Part shown: positions 1-13,900 of the stretch, piece by piece
Numbering within the stretch: the first letter of the stretch is position 1
Layout: every line of letters starts with the position of its first letter
Origin: Azolla caroliniana
Lineage: Eukaryota; Plantae; Polypodiophyta
DNA length: 64,000 nucleotides
Assembly: GCA_043228905.1 (NCBI GenBank)
Contig: JBHGNT010000017.1
Location: forward strand, 18,352,001 to 18,416,000
Reading direction: 5' to 3'
Translations under genes and position numbers: made by a program
The notes under the pieces: model-generated
Seen by the model: the letters and a program-made list of their open reading frames with translations, nothing else
What the model was told of the DNA's origin: nothing
The model's database searches: none

Positions 1-3000
1 ACAGAAGAAATGGTAATGCACCTCAATGTGCTTGGTCTGTGCGTGGAAAACGGGGTTTTTCACGAGCTGGATGCTGCTGAGGTTGTCGTAGTAGATCGTC
101 GTTGGATCTGACACCTCCTCTTGCAGGTCCGTAAGTAGCCGCTTCAACCATATGGCTTCGCATGTCGCGACAGCCGCTCCTTGGTACTCAGCTTCGGTGC
201 TCGACAGTGCAACTGTCGGCTGCTTCTTACTGCTCCACGTGATCACGGCACTCCCGAGGGAGAACGCGTATCCAAACGTGGATCGGCGATCGGCGGCGTT
301 GCCAGCCCAATCAACATCGGTGTAGCCGACTAACTGCGCGGCTGCACCAGTCCGATATAGCAGTCCGCGGTCCTTAGTGCCGCTTATGTACCGAAGTACG
401 CGTTGCGCACACTGAAGGTGCTCCTCGGTAGGTCGCGCCATGAACTGACTGATCACCCCGACCGGATAACTGAGGTCGGGTCGGGTGATGGTCAAGTATA
501 TGAGGCTTCCGACAATTTGTCGAAACCTCGTCGGGTCGCATACCTTTCCCGTATCGGGACGAAGCTTGACGGTTCTGTCCAGAGGAGTCGAGACGGACTT
601 ACAGTCGGCCATCCCGAGTTTGAAGAGCATACCTAGCACGTAATGACGTTGGCTAATCAGTATGCCTTCAGGGGTACGGATCACTTCGATCCCGAGGAAG
701 TAATAAAGGTCCCCCAGATCCTTCATGTCGAAGATGCCGCAAGCTGGAGCTTCACGCGGTCGATTTCACCTAGGTCGACGCCGGTGATGACCAAGTCATC
801 AACATATAGTAAAATACTAACCGGTCCGAGTCGACCTTTCCGGATGAACAAGGAAGAGTCCGATTTTGTTGTGACGAAGCCCATCCGACGCAGTTGTTGC
901 GTGATCTTCGCGTTCCAGGCACGCGGGGCTTGCTTCAGTCCGTAAAGGGACTTCTTTAGTCGGCATACTGCCGAGGAGTTCGTTCCGGAGTGAAATCCGG
1001 GGGGCTGTACCATGTACACCTGTTCCTCAAGGTCACCTTGCAAGAACGCATTCTTTACATCCATCTGATGTAAGTGCCACCCCTTCGCCGCAGCTACTGT
1101 GAGCAAAACACGGACGATCGTCATTTTCGCGACCGACGCAAACGTCTCATCGTAGTCGATACCGTGTTTCTGCGCGTAGCCCTTTGCCACTAGCCGAACC
1201 TACACCCGATCGGTTTTACCCCTGTTGGTGCGTCAACTAGGTCCCAGGTCTCGTTCTCTGCCAATGTGTGCATCTCTTCCTCCATTGCGGCACGCCAATT
1301 CGCGTCTTTAGCCGCTTCTGCGTAGCTCTCCGGCTCACTTACTTCCGCTACACGGGTCATGTACGCATAATGATGCGCCATGTACTCGTTGTATCCGAAT
1401 CGCAAAACAGGATTCTTCTGGCGGGTAGATCGGCGTAATCTCGCATTAGCCGATGTCGAGGCCTTCTCGGTCGACGCGGTCTTCACCTTTAAAGACCCGT
1501 CACCGGTTCCCTCGGAGTCGGACTCGCGTCGGTCTGACTCGTTCCTATCCATGCCGGAATCCGACACCTTCTTCTTCCCTTTATCTTTGCGTGTAAGCCG
1601 TCTCCTCGGCTTCCTGCGCGGGAAATGCACGGCCGAGTCTCCACTACTCGCCGACTCTTCATCGAACTGGTCGTACCGACTCAATCGTCCAATCGGTCCA
1701 CTTAACCGGAGTGAAATCGGACTCTCTTCACGGGTCTCGATTTTGGGCTCATCCGGAGGCATCTCGGCCTCACTGACCTCATCGTCAGAGCTCGGATTGG
1801 GGGCAGGGTTTGGAGTTGGGGGCAGGTACCAGGACGCGGACTCGTCAAACACAACATCACGGCTGACACGCGCTTGTTTGGTGCGAGGGTTATAGCACTT
1901 ATAACCCTTCTACTCGTCCGAGTAACCGACCAAGATGCATTTCTCAGCCTTTTCGTCCAGCTTCCTCCTTTTCTCCTTCGGTATATGCACATACGCAATG
2001 CTACCGAACACCCTCAAGTGTCGCAAGTTCGGCTTCGTTCCGAAATATAGCTCGTGCACCGACACTTTGTCTCTGATCCGGTTCTGGATGTATACCACGG
2101 TCCTTACCGCCTCGGCCCAGTAGAACTTGGGCAAGCTCTTCTCCTCCAGCATTGCCCGTGCCGCTTCCACAATTGACTGATTCTTCCTCTCGGCCACGCC
2201 GTTCTGCTCCGGCGTGTATCTACAACTGAATTCGCGCCGAATTCCCATTTTTTGTAGATAACCGTTGAATTGACCGGAAAAGTACACTTTCCCACCATCT
2301 GACCGCAGACACTTGATCTTTCTTCCCGTTTCCGTTTCCACGAACCCTTTGAGGTCCCGGAAACAGTCGAAGACTTCGCTCTTTCTCACAATGAGGTAGA
2401 TCCACGTGTGCCGCGTGTGGTTGTCGATGAAGGAGACGAAATATCGGCTCCCGCCAAGACTAACGTTTTGTGCCGGCCCCCACACATCGGAGTGTATAAG
2501 GTCGAGCTTGTTCCGACTCCGGTTTCACTCGTTGGGGAAAGGAAGTTGGTGTTGCTTCCCGAGCTAGCAGGCTTCACAAATTTGTGCCTTTCGGCCACTA
2601 AACTTGTGCAATCCGAACACTACCTGTTTCGATTGCAGATCTTGAAGCCGCTGGTAGTTGACCTGGCCTATCCGCTTGTGCCACAAGTTGATGTCCGACT
2701 CGGCTTTTTGTCCCTTTGCGAACATTGCGGTGCCGCCGTCAGTGGAGTCGAGGATGAACATCCTCCTGTCTCTGCGCCCTTGCGCAATCACACGGCCTTC
2801 TTCCTCAATGAAGCACCTGAGGTGTGTAAACCGAACCTCCATCCCTTGGTCAACGATCTATCCGACCGAGACCAAGTTCTTCGTGATTGTCGGAACGTGC
2901 AGCACGTTCATGAGTTTCCCTTTCTGCCTGACATGGCTAAGGGGAACTTCTCCGACATTCGCGATCGGATGCGGAGTGTCGTCTCCAGTTGCGACTACTC

Positions 3001-4093
3001 CAGGTTGTATCGGTTTTTCAAGGTACGAGAACCACTCATTATGGCTCGTCATGTGGTTTGACGCGCCGGAGTCTACGTACCACACCTTGTCCGATCTCAG
3101 GGTGGTTCGTTTCATTGAGTTTGCTTCGTGTCTCGTCACGAAGGCAGACCCTTCTCCGGCTCTCCCGGAGTCTTCGGCGTAGTGCGATCGTTGCCGATTT
3201 CCCTTGTCGGTATGTCCGGAGCCGTTTCCGGAACCGGTTCTCTCCGACTCGGCGCGCTTCTTCCAGCACTCACTTTCCCTGTGGCCTTTCTTGCCATAGT
3301 ACCAGCACTCCGCGATGGCCTTCCCTTGCCGGTTCTCATCGCTTCGACTCCCCCTGTTTCCGGAGGGTCCGGAGTTGCTGTCGGCATCACTTCGGTGCCT
3401 TCTTCCTTGATCTCGTCAGCCGCCTCCATTGCGCGCTGACTCACCTCGTCCTCCACGTCGACGGGGCCTATCTCCCTCCGTGTACAGCATTCTGCTGTCG
3501 GTGTGCGTGCTTGTAGACGCACCCGCGTGGTTCTCCTCTACCAGGAGCATTGACTGTAAGTCGAAAAAGGACGGCGTATTCTCCCGGGTACACACAGCCG
3601 TTCGGAACGCTCCGAACTTCGACGCCAAACCTCCGAGACAGATCTGGACCATCTCACTCTCCTCGATGTTCACCTCTATGGAGGCGAGGGAGTCGCAGAT
3701 ATCCTTGATCTTCGAGGTATAGTCCGCCACCGACAAGTCGCGTTGTCGTAGGTTGCTCAACTCCTGTCAGAGCTGAAGCTTCCTGACTGTGGTGCTCGCG
3801 GTGAAAATCTTCTTCAGATTTTCCCACGCACCCTTCGGCGTCTTTGCATCCCGAACATAGCTCAATAGTTGTTCGCCCACACACGACGCGAAGCAGTATA
3901 ATACCCTGCTCGCCGATTGCTCCCACGACGGGAAGTCTCTGTGTGTCGATTCGGGTGCCGCGTCATTAGCTCCTTCGACATAACTCCAGTAGTCGTGCCC
4001 GAGCAGGTACTGGTGCATCTTATAGGACCAAGACGCGTAGTTGGTTCTGTCGAGCTTCTCTGTTGGAAGCGAGCTCGCCATGCCTCTATCCAT
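1..4093 (-). pseudogene. Copia A gag-pol, disrupted
   Basis: Collinear with copia B gag-pol but broken by stops (about 1910, 2564, 2858) and frameshifts. Confidence 0.9.
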
Positions 4094-4165
4094 CGTTCTT
4101 CTTGTTCTTCTTCGTCAAGCTATGTTGGCTGCAGAGAGGTTCTCAACCCTCGCGCTCTGATACCA

Positions 4166-4573
4166 TGTAAAAAGTAGCGTGCGGAAGCAAGTATGAAGAC
4201 CGAACAGAAGGAAGAACACTCAGGTTTAATGGAGAGCTTGAGCTTACGCAGTATACTCAGGAGAGACAAAGTCAGTGAGAGAGAGAGAACACAAGAACTA
4301 TATTCAACAAAAAACAATCTCTATTCACCACACTCTATACATATGTGTGTTCAATGAACACTTTTATACAAGTCCTAGAAGGACTGACAGAAATATTGGC
4401 AGTACTTCAATGCTCATTTAGAGCTCCTACACTAACTCCCAAATATATTCCTCACGGAATATCTTTCTTAACAACCTCCCGGTTTACGCACTCGGCCTAA
4501 CCGATCGGTCCCAACCGATCCGGTCCTCGGCTTCTTCAGCCGATCCGGCCGATGTTGAGCTTGTCTCTCAACA
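4166..4573 (-). repeat. 5' LTR of copia A
   Basis: TG...CA termini, abuts the PBS, starts TGTTGAGAGACAAGCTCAAC like the copia B LTRs. Confidence 0.85.
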
Positions 4574-5040
4574 CATGAGCTCTGCTGGCATATAGCCTAT
4601 CACAGAACTGTGCGTTGTTCTATCAGCCCACAATGCATAGGGAAATAATCGCGGCCAATTCCCAACTCGACCATTGCATACTCGTACGATGGCTTTGACT
4701 ATCGGCCCATGCCCTCGCTCGATCTTCCCATTTGCTTCCGGATTACAAGCAATTGTGAGGAAGAGCTTTACGCCTAGTCGCTCGAAGAGCTCCATTGTTT
4801 CTGCGCATCTAACTCCCCTCGATCGGCCACTATCTTTCCCACACATCCGTATCGGCAAACAACCTCTTCGAGCAGAAATTTGCATATGGATGTCGTTGTC
4901 TTATTTGCTAAGGCTCGTCCTTCTACTTGGTTTGTCAGGTCTTCCCTTGCTAGTACGAAGTACTTCATCTGCCCCACTCCCATTGGCATTGAGACCAGAT
5001 TCACCATCCACTTAAAGTGTATGGTGAGTTGGTATGTTGG

Positions 5041-5437
5041 TGTTGAGCGGCAAGCTCAACTGGAGCTGGATCGACTGAATAAGCCAGAGCCGGTAAGCGA
5101 GACGGATCGGGCGAAACGGATCGGTATGACGGTGAGCAACCGAACCGGCAAGCAGTGGAGGCCGGGTGCAATCTGTAACCGGAAGTCCAATCGGAAGCCT
5201 AGTATAGGATAGACTACTAGGTAGCTATAGTCTCGTAGTAAGTGTCAGATGCTCGTGTGAGCATTGAAGTACATGGTACTTCTGTCAGTCCCAAGAGGAC
5301 TTGTATAAATAGTGCTACTTAGCACAGTGTGTGTACAGAGTCTTGATATAATTTTGAAATTGTGTTCTACTCTCTCTCTCTCTCTCTCTCTCTCTGTTGT
5401 TCTCTGTTTTACGCTTCCGCAAACACTTACGTTTACA
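5041..5437 (+). repeat. 5' LTR of copia B
   Basis: Direct repeat of 10568-10957, with TATAAATA and a (CT)n tract. Confidence 0.95.
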
Positions 5438-5531
5438 TGGTATCAGAGTGCGAGGGTTGAGAACCTCTGCTGCAGACATTTACTCTTGAGAAGAAAACCC
5501 TAAGAGGTCGAAAACAGACACAATAGAAGAC

Positions 5532-8500
5532 ATGGATAGAGGCATGGCTACGTCGCTCCCGGTGGAGAAGCTCGATAGGAGCAACTACGCATCCTGGTCT
5601 TACAAGATGCACCAATACCTGCTTGGACATGGGTACTGGAGTTATGTCGAAGGAGCGAATGATGCGGCGCCCGACTCGGCACACAAGGACTTCTCGGTAT
5701 GGGAACAGGCGGCAAGCAGGGTGATGTACTACTTCGCGTCTAGTGTCGGCGATCAGCTGCTCAGCCACATCCGTGATGCCAAGACACCGAAGGATGCTTG
5801 GGGGAACCTGAAAAAGGTTTTCACCGCAAGCACCACTGCCCGAAAGCTGCAACTCAGACAGGAGTTGAGCAATGTTCGACAGAAGAACATGTCCGTGGCA
5901 GACTACACGGGTCGGATAAAGGAGATCTGCGACTCGCTCGCCTCTATCAATGTTACCGTAGAGGAAGACGAGATGGTGCAGGTATGTCTCGGAGGCCTGG
6001 CGTCCAAGTTCGGAGCGTTCCGGACTGCGGTGTGTACAAGGGAGAATACCCCCTCATTCTTCGACTTACAGTCGATTCTCCTTGTAGAGGAGAACCACGC
6101 CGGTGCATGTACCAGTGCATCCCCGGACAACCGAATGTTGTACACGGGAACAGATCGATTCCGTGGGCGTGGTGGAAGAGATGGGTCGGCACGCAATGGA
6201 GGTGGCCGGCAAGAGCAGGAACGGAGGCAGTATGAGCATGCCGACAGCAGTTCCGGGACTTCCACAAGCAGGGGGAGTCAAGGCGGTGCCGGAGGCCGGC
6301 AAGACGAATCCGCTACGGAATGCTGGTACTGTGGCAAAAAAGGCCACAGGGAAAGCGAGTGCTGGAGAAAGCGTGCCAATTCGGACAAATCCGGATCCGG
6401 CAAGACCGGTAAGGATGGCCGGCAAAACTCACACTACGCAAACGGATCAGGAGGATCCGGAACCGGAAAGGCCGGTAAGGGGCCACCCTTGGTGATGAAT
6501 CACAAGGCAAACTCAATGAAGAAGACCACTTCCAAAACGGAGGAATTGTGGTATGTTGATTCCGGCGCGTCGAACCACATGACGAGCCACAAAGAGTGGT
6601 TCTCCTTTCTGGAGAAACCGGATCAACCAGGAGTAGTCGAAACCAGAGACGACACTCCTCACCCAATCGTGCACGTCGGAGAAGTCCCTCTAAGCCATGT
6701 CGGATAGAAAGGGAAGCTGATGAACGTATTACACGTTCCGACAATCACGAAGAACTCGGTGTCCGTCGGTCAGATTGTCGACCAGGGGATGCAGGTGCGG
6801 TTTACGCACCTCGGGTGCTTCATTGAGGATGAGGGCGAAGTCATTGCGCAAGGGCACAGAGACGAGAGGATGTTTATCCTCAACACCAATGACTTTGGCA
6901 CCGCTCTGTTCGCGAAACGACAGAAGGTCGAGTCGGACATCGACCTGTGGCACAAGCGGATAGGCCACGTCAACTACCGGAGGCTTCAAGATCTGCAAAC
7001 GAAACAAGTCGTTTTCGGTTTGCCGAAGTTCAGCGGCCGGAGAGCCGAAATTTGTGAAGCCTACCAACTTGGGAAGCAACACCGGCTTCCATTCCCCACC
7101 GAACGGAACCGGAGTTGTAACAAGCTCGATCTCATCCATTCGGATGTGTGGGGACCGGCACAAAGTGTAAGCCTTGGCGGGAGCCGATACTTCGTCTCCT
7201 TCATTGACGACTATACTCGACATACTTGGATCTACCTCATTGAGCGGAAGAGCGAAGTTTTCGACTGTTTCCGGAGCGTCCAGAAGATGGTGGAACGGGA
7301 ATCGGAGAGGAAGATCAAATGCCTTCGGTCGGATGGCGGAAAGGAATATTTCTCCAGCCAATTCACTAGTTATCTGCAGCAGAAGGGAATTCGGCAAGAG
7401 TTCAACTGTAGATACACACCGGAGCAAAACGGTGTGGCCGAAAGGAAGAACCGGACACTCGTCGAAGCGGCAAGGGCAATGCTGGAGGAGAAGAGCATGC
7501 CCCGATTCTACTGGGCGGAGGCGGTCCGGAAGGCCGTCTACATACAAAACCGAATTGGTGACAAGGTATCAGCTCATGAGCTGTATTTCGGGCGCAAGCC
7601 GAACTTAAGACACCTTCGGATATTCGGAAGCATAGCGTATGTGCATGTGCCGGATCAGAAGCGGAGAAAGCTGGATGCAAAATCAGAAAAATGCATCCTA
7701 GTCGGCTATGCTCAAGAGCAAAAGGGGTATAAGTGCTATAACCCCCGGACGAAGGAAGTCCGAGTTAGCCGGGATGTCGAGTTCGATGAATCGGCATCCT
7801 GGTACTCCGTACCAACTCCGACTTCCGATCCCGACCCAATGCCGGAAGATCAGGCCAGTGAACCTGAATCAGCCCTGGCAGAGGATGATGAAGCCGGGAC
7901 TCAAGATGAGAGTCCGGAATCTTTACAGTTGAGTGGACCGAACGAGCGACTGAGTCGGTTGGACCGGTCGGATGAAGAGACGGCAAGTGGTGGAGACTCT
8001 GCAGTGCTCTCCCCGCGCAAGGAACCGAGGAAACGGTTCACGCGCAAAGAGAAGGGGAAGAGGAAGATGCCGGAATTCGAAACCGGCAACGATGAGTCGG
8101 ATCGGTGCGTATCCGACTCTGGAAAGGAGAAAGACGGATCTTCAGCAACGAAGACCGAACTGGCCAAGAAGGGCCTCAAATCAGGTGACGGTGCGTTGCG
8201 CCAATCAACCCGCCAGAAGGATCCCGTCATGCGGTACAGGTACAATGAATACATGGCGCATCATTATGCGTACATGACTAAGGTGACAGAAGTGCGTGAG
8301 CCGGAGAGCTACGCAGAAGCGGCAAAGGACGCAAATTGGCGTGCCGCTATGGACGAAGAAATGCGGGCACTCGATGCCAACGAAACTTGGGACCTAGTTG
8401 ATCCTCCCCGTCACTGTAAACCGATCGGATGCAAGTGGGTGTACAAGGTCAAGTACAACGCCGACGGTTCTGTTAACCGGTACAAAGCCCGGTTAGTGGC

Positions 8501-10573
8501 GAAGGGATACGTGCAAACTCACGGAATCGACTACGACGAGACCTTCGCTCCTGTGGCGAAGATGACGACGGTTCGTGTGGTACTGGCGGTTGCTGCGGCA
8601 AGGGGGTGGCGTCTTCACCAGATGGATGTGAAGAACGCCTTCCTTCAAGGAAAGCTTGAAGAAGAAGTCTTTATGACTCAGCCCCCTGGATTTCAATCGG
8701 AAATGAACAAGTCGGTGGTATGGCGACTGAAGAAGTCGCTTTACGGCTTGAAGCAAGCCCCCCGAGCTTGGAACGCGAAGATCACGCACCGGTTGCGTAA
8801 GCTAGGGTTTGTTGTCTCTAAGTCGGACTCTTCGTTGTTCATCCAGCAAGGCTCTGACGGTCCGGTATGTATACTCTTGTATGTGGATGATTTAGTCATC
8901 ACCGGACCGGGTCTTCCCGAAATCAACTGCGTCAAGTCCCAGTTGTCGGACGCATTCGAAATGAAGGACCTGGGGGACCTTCATTATTTTCTTGGGATCG
9001 AAGTGATCCGGACCCCCGACGGCATATTGCTCTCACAACGACATTACGTGTTGAATATGCTGTATAAGTTCGACATGACGGATTGCCGACCTGTCTCCAC
9101 ACCCCTGGACCGGAACCAGAAGCTCTGTCCCAACTCCGGACCGGCCTACAATGAGAAACGGTTCCGACAGGTTGTCGGAAGCCTGATCTACTTAACCATC
9201 ACCCGACCCGACATCAGCTATCCGGTCGGCATGGTAAGTCAGTTCATGTAGAAGCCGACCGTGGAGCACCTTCAGTGCGCGCAACGAATATTACGGTATG
9301 TCAGCGGCACTAAGGACCGGGGACTGCTATACCGGCGAGGTATACCCGAAGAGCTTGTCGGTTACACAGATGCTGACTGGGCCGGCGATGCGTCTGATCG
9401 CCGCTTCACTTCCGGATACATGTTCTCCATAGGTAGCGCGGCCGTTGCGTGGAGCAGCAAGAAGAGCCCACAGTGGCTTTGTCAAGCACTGAGGCTGAGT
9501 ACCGGTCCGCTACCGTTGCCACTTGTGAAGCCATCTGGCTACGGCGACTGCTGCGAGACTTGCGGATCGAGGTACCGACCCCGATCCCGATTTACTGCGA
9601 TAACATGAGCAGCCTGCAGCTCGCCAGGAACCCTGTGTTCCATGCTCGCACAAAGCACATCGAGGTGCACTACCACTTCGTGCGTGAGCAGGTCCTGAGC
9701 GGTGAAGTTGACCTACGGTATGTTCATACGGATCGGCAAGTTGCCGACATCTTCACCAAGCCGCTTGGATCGGACAAGTTGCAGCACTTTACCGACATGC
9801 TTGGTATTCAGCATCTCGACGTGCCGCACTTGAGGGGGAGAAGCAAGGGCAAAGTCTCTACCGAAACGGGCAAAGGCCAAAAAACTGTTGAACCCGTCGG
9901 TAAGAGGAGAGCCGGAAGAAGAGGACACAAGAAGATGAAGGAAGCCGAGTCGACGAAGGAAGTCGACACATCCGAACAGGTCGGAGCAAGCGGCTGTGAA
10001 GAAGAGTTGTGCACTCAGGAAGAGAAGTGCATGCTGTGCGGAGGTCATCACGACGGTACTGACCATGATGCGGAGTCGAATGAAGAATTCGATTGCGGTT
10101 CACCGGCTGAAGAAGCTAAGGGAAGCATGGAGAAGGCCAAGACTCGGAAGTGGTCCGATGTGGTGAGGAGCCTGAAGCCGGAAGTCGAATCGGAGTGTAC
10201 CGATTCGGACAAGAGCTGGAACGAGTCGAAGACAGCTGACTCAGATCAACAGATGGATCCGGATGAGTCGGATCGACTGAAGGCCAAGGGGACACGGACA
10301 CAGTGGAAGTCAATGCCATCGTGGGAGAACCGACGGATTGGCAAGCGCCGGAGTCACAGCAACGTGAGTGCTAAGATGGGCCTATTGAGCAGACATGCCG
10401 ACCGAGAGGGTCGAGGCGCGCAGAACCAAAGGGGTCGTGGCAAACGGGACCGAACCGGACGAGGAGCGCGAGCAAGGCGGAGTGACGCCCGGAGAAGTCG
10501 GTTGGAAGAACCGACTGTCACAGAGGTCGACACTACGACCCCACCTCAGGTTGAGCTTGAGGGGGAGTGTTGA
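5532..10573 (+). pseudogene. Copia B gag-pol with long C-terminal extension
   Basis: Gag with CWYCGKKGHRESEC knuckle, protease, integrase, RT (YVDD) and RNase H. Stops at 6705 and 9249, frameshift near 9460. Frame continues past RNase H to 10573. Confidence 0.92.
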
Positions 10574-10892
10574 GCGGCAAGCTCAACCGGAGCCGGATCG
10601 GCTGAATAAGCCGGAGCCAGTAAGCGAGACGGATCGGGCGAAACGGATCGGTATGACGGTGAGCAACCAAACCGGCAAGCAGTGGAGGCCGGGTGCAATC
10701 CGTAACCGGAAGTCCAATCGAAAGCCTAGTATAGGATAGACTACTAGGTAGCTATAGTCTCGTAGTAAGTGTCAGATGCTCGTGTGAGCATTGAAGTACA
10801 TGGTACTTCTGTCAGTCCCAAGAGGACTTGTATAAATAGTGCTACTTAGCACAGTGTGTGTACAGAGTCTTGATATAATTTTGAAATTGTGT

Positions 10893-10931
<39 letters not shown>

Positions 10932-10957
10932 GTTCTTTGCAAACACTTACGTTTACA
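10568..10957 (+). repeat. 3' LTR of copia B
   Basis: Direct repeat of 5041-5437 with transitions and a short U5 deletion. Confidence 0.95.
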
Positions 10958-13900
10958 GTTGGTCGCAACTCATCACAGTGACGTATGTTCGAATGTACTT
11001 GGCAACTTTCGCATGTGGACACGAAATGTAGTACATCTTTATACATGCTCGGCCACCAGTACTTCTCCTTTAGCTTTTCAAATGTTTCCCACATTCCTCT
11101 ATGACCTACCCATGAACTCTCGTGGAATTCAGACATCAACGTTGTTTGGTCCTCTTTCTTCACCACTACTCATCGTGGTATCCTTGTCCTTCTCTTTGGG
11201 TGCATCCAGAGGAATCCTTCCTTCAAAAAGTACTAGTAAGCTTTCTTTCGTATTTGTAAATCCTCCTCCTTCGTCCACGAAGCATCCGCCATCATTGTTC
11301 TCAAGAATCTACCGATTAGTAACGACTCCCCTTCATACTCGTTCTCGTTGAAAGCGTGGAGGGTTGGCGTGCCTCTGTCTTCTGCCGACAATCGTGATGC
11401 CTTGAAGAAATCGAGGGCGACATCTTCATCTTCTGAAATCATGTCACCTTCATCCTCGAATCTTGCTCTTGACAGCATGTTGGCCATGGCGTTGTTCTTC
11501 CCAACAATGTGGCACATCTATGGGTTCAAAGACTTGATATAAGCGATCCACCTCAGCATAGTCAGATCTGGTGTCGCACATCCGGAGATCATCCCAAGGA
11601 TTGGGAGGCAATCCATTTCAAGTACCACCTCCGACCCGATCAGGTAGTCCTTGTCTACCTTCATCGTAGACACAATACCCCAGAGTTCCCGCTTTACTTG
11701 GGCGTATCCTCGTTGTCGTTCGCTAAGGACCTTTGCTACCGGATGGCGTACCACATGCTATCTTCTCCTTCTTGGTTGATGACCCATCCAATTCTCGTTG
11801 GACTCGTATCTACTGTGACGTAGATGGGCATCCCTTCTTTGTAGATGGCTTTCCTTAAAGTTGGTGTTGCCACCAATAGCTCTTTTAACCTCTTCATCGC
11901 CTTTGTGTGTACCGGTTCCCATTTGAATTTTCTCCCTTTTTTCAGTAAGCTATACAAGGGTTCAGCCACATGAGCATAGTGCCAAATCCATATGTGGTAG
12001 AATGCACATGCTCCTAAAAATCTTCAGACCTCTGTCTACGTTCCACATTCCTCTCGCATCTCTTGAATAACATTCACCTTCTCGAGAAAGAGTTTCCGTC
12101 CGTATGGTCCACAAAGATGTCCTACTACTAGGATCTCGTGTTGGTCAAATGCTGATTTTTCTCTGGAGAATGTGAGCCCTGCACCTTCTAGTCTTTCTAG
12201 CACTCTTCCACAATCTTCAATATGGTTTGAAACAAATCTTCGACATCCATCTTGATCTAAAGACTCGTCCTTCTCTGATTCAAGGCACCCCTTTATAGGG
12301 ATATCATCGAGGAAAGGCATCGTAATATCTGGTCCATGCAATCTCTTAGTACTTTGTTCATGGCATTCATCATGTGGGCCACCGAGTTAGTTGCCCCTTG
12401 CGGTAATATACACATCCTTACTACCCTGATGGGAGTCTGCATCATTGTGATGTCTCGACTATCCAAAGACAATTGAAATTGGTTGTATTCAGAATACAAG
12501 TCTCCAATCGAGTAAATCGACCTTCCTGCAAAAGCTTCAACAAACTCATCAACACTAGGTCCAATACCAACATTACGAATGGTGACCTTCTTTACCGGTT
12601 GCAGATCTTGGATAAATCGAAGCGCTCCATTCTTCTTCGGCATTGTGAACCACCTATTTGAATAAGGCAAATTAGATGGCTCAAGGATTCCCATTCTAAT
12701 CTTTTCTTTTAACAGCTCTAGCAATCTTGGAATGTGAGCTCTTGGAACGGGAATTGCCTTCAAGTTCCATGGCACATGGGGTATTGTAAAGATAACTTTT
12801 GGTTCCACAAGCATTGGGTCAACACATCGATCTCTTGTGGGGAAAAGGCAAATGCTTTCCTGTGTTGCTCCAACATTTCCCGGAACTTGGACTCTTCTTT
12901 GGGAAGCAAAAACTCACCCCCACCAATTTTGAGCTTCCTCTGGGTTTCGTCAGTGAAAACATGCCCTACTCCTTTCGGGTCTCTAAGGCATGGATGTCGC
13001 ACTACCTCCTTTATTCGCTGCCAACAGTCTTCAGGCAAGGGAGCCGCCATAGGTTTGAACTTCTTATCTACAGTCTTGTATTTGGTATTAACTTTGACTT
13101 CATCCGTCATGACACCTTGTTCGTATTCGTTGATGGTGGTGTATAAGGTGATAGAGTTGATTGGAATCATTCTGTTGACTTGTAGTTTCGATTCGATGAC
13201 TTTCTCCATTTCCCCAAGAGTATCATCAAATGATATTATCTCCATGTACCCATTTATTGCCTCTTCCTCGCTCATAATCGCGATTTCTCTAAGTTGTTCC
13301 TCTAGAATTTCTATTTTAATATCTCCTCCATTAATGTTGCTAAATTTACACATCCCATTTTCAGAAAACAAGACTTCATTTTCATTAATGGGGTGACAAC
13401 TTTTATTACACTGATTTGGGGACATAGTTAGATGTCTCAGACTATTGTTGTCCCTCTCCCTAATCCCGAATTAAAAATCCTCTCTAGATTCTTTCCCTAA
13501 GTTATACCTATTTCTTTCATGGTTTGGTCGTATGGTGAGGAATTGAACTGACCTCATCCCATCTTGACTTCGTATCTGCAATTATCCCGAACCATTATCA
13601 AGTACCTTTGTCTCCATCCGAGATGCTGTAATGTAAGGCTCACCAAGGATGACAGGATGTGATGTCAATTCCTGCACAAAAAAGTGTTGATCATGCTCAA
13701 CGTCGCCAATAGTTACCTTAATGTTAGGGCAGGCCCCATGGAGCTCTTCCATTGCCCTGGTTACCGCTCGAATCTTCCAACCATGCCTAGTATTAATGGG
13801 CCAGCAACCCTTTCGATAGAAGTCAAGAGACATGAGGTTGATCTCTGAGCCGTAATCAATGAGCGCCACCACTGAATCTTTCAAGTCTCCCATCCACACT

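Larger units (their letters stand above)
1..4573 (-). mobile_element. Ty1/copia LTR retrotransposon A (3' end outside window), inserted in the integrase of the gypsy element
   Basis: Minus-strand gag (3416-4093), protease (VDSGASNHM), GAG-pre/integrase (1910-2842), RT (723-1190) and RNase H fragments in copia order. PBS TGGTATCAGAGC (tRNA-iMet) at 4154-4165. LTR TGTTGAG...TTACA at 4166-4573. Confidence 0.95.
5041..10957 (+). mobile_element. Ty1/copia LTR retrotransposon B, structurally complete
   Basis: LTRs 5041-5437 and 10568-10957, PBS TGGTATCAGAG at 5438, PPT GAGGGGGAG at 10559-10567, exact TSD GTTGG (5036-5040 and 10958-10962). Host integrase reads DELRPT|YQLTIHFKW across the insertion. 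Confidence 0.97.

Noticed and set aside
6705-6719. Stop between gag-protease and pol suggesting programmed readthrough
   Set aside because: Copia A has CAG at the same codon and elements E and H have stops elsewhere, so this is ordinary deamination.
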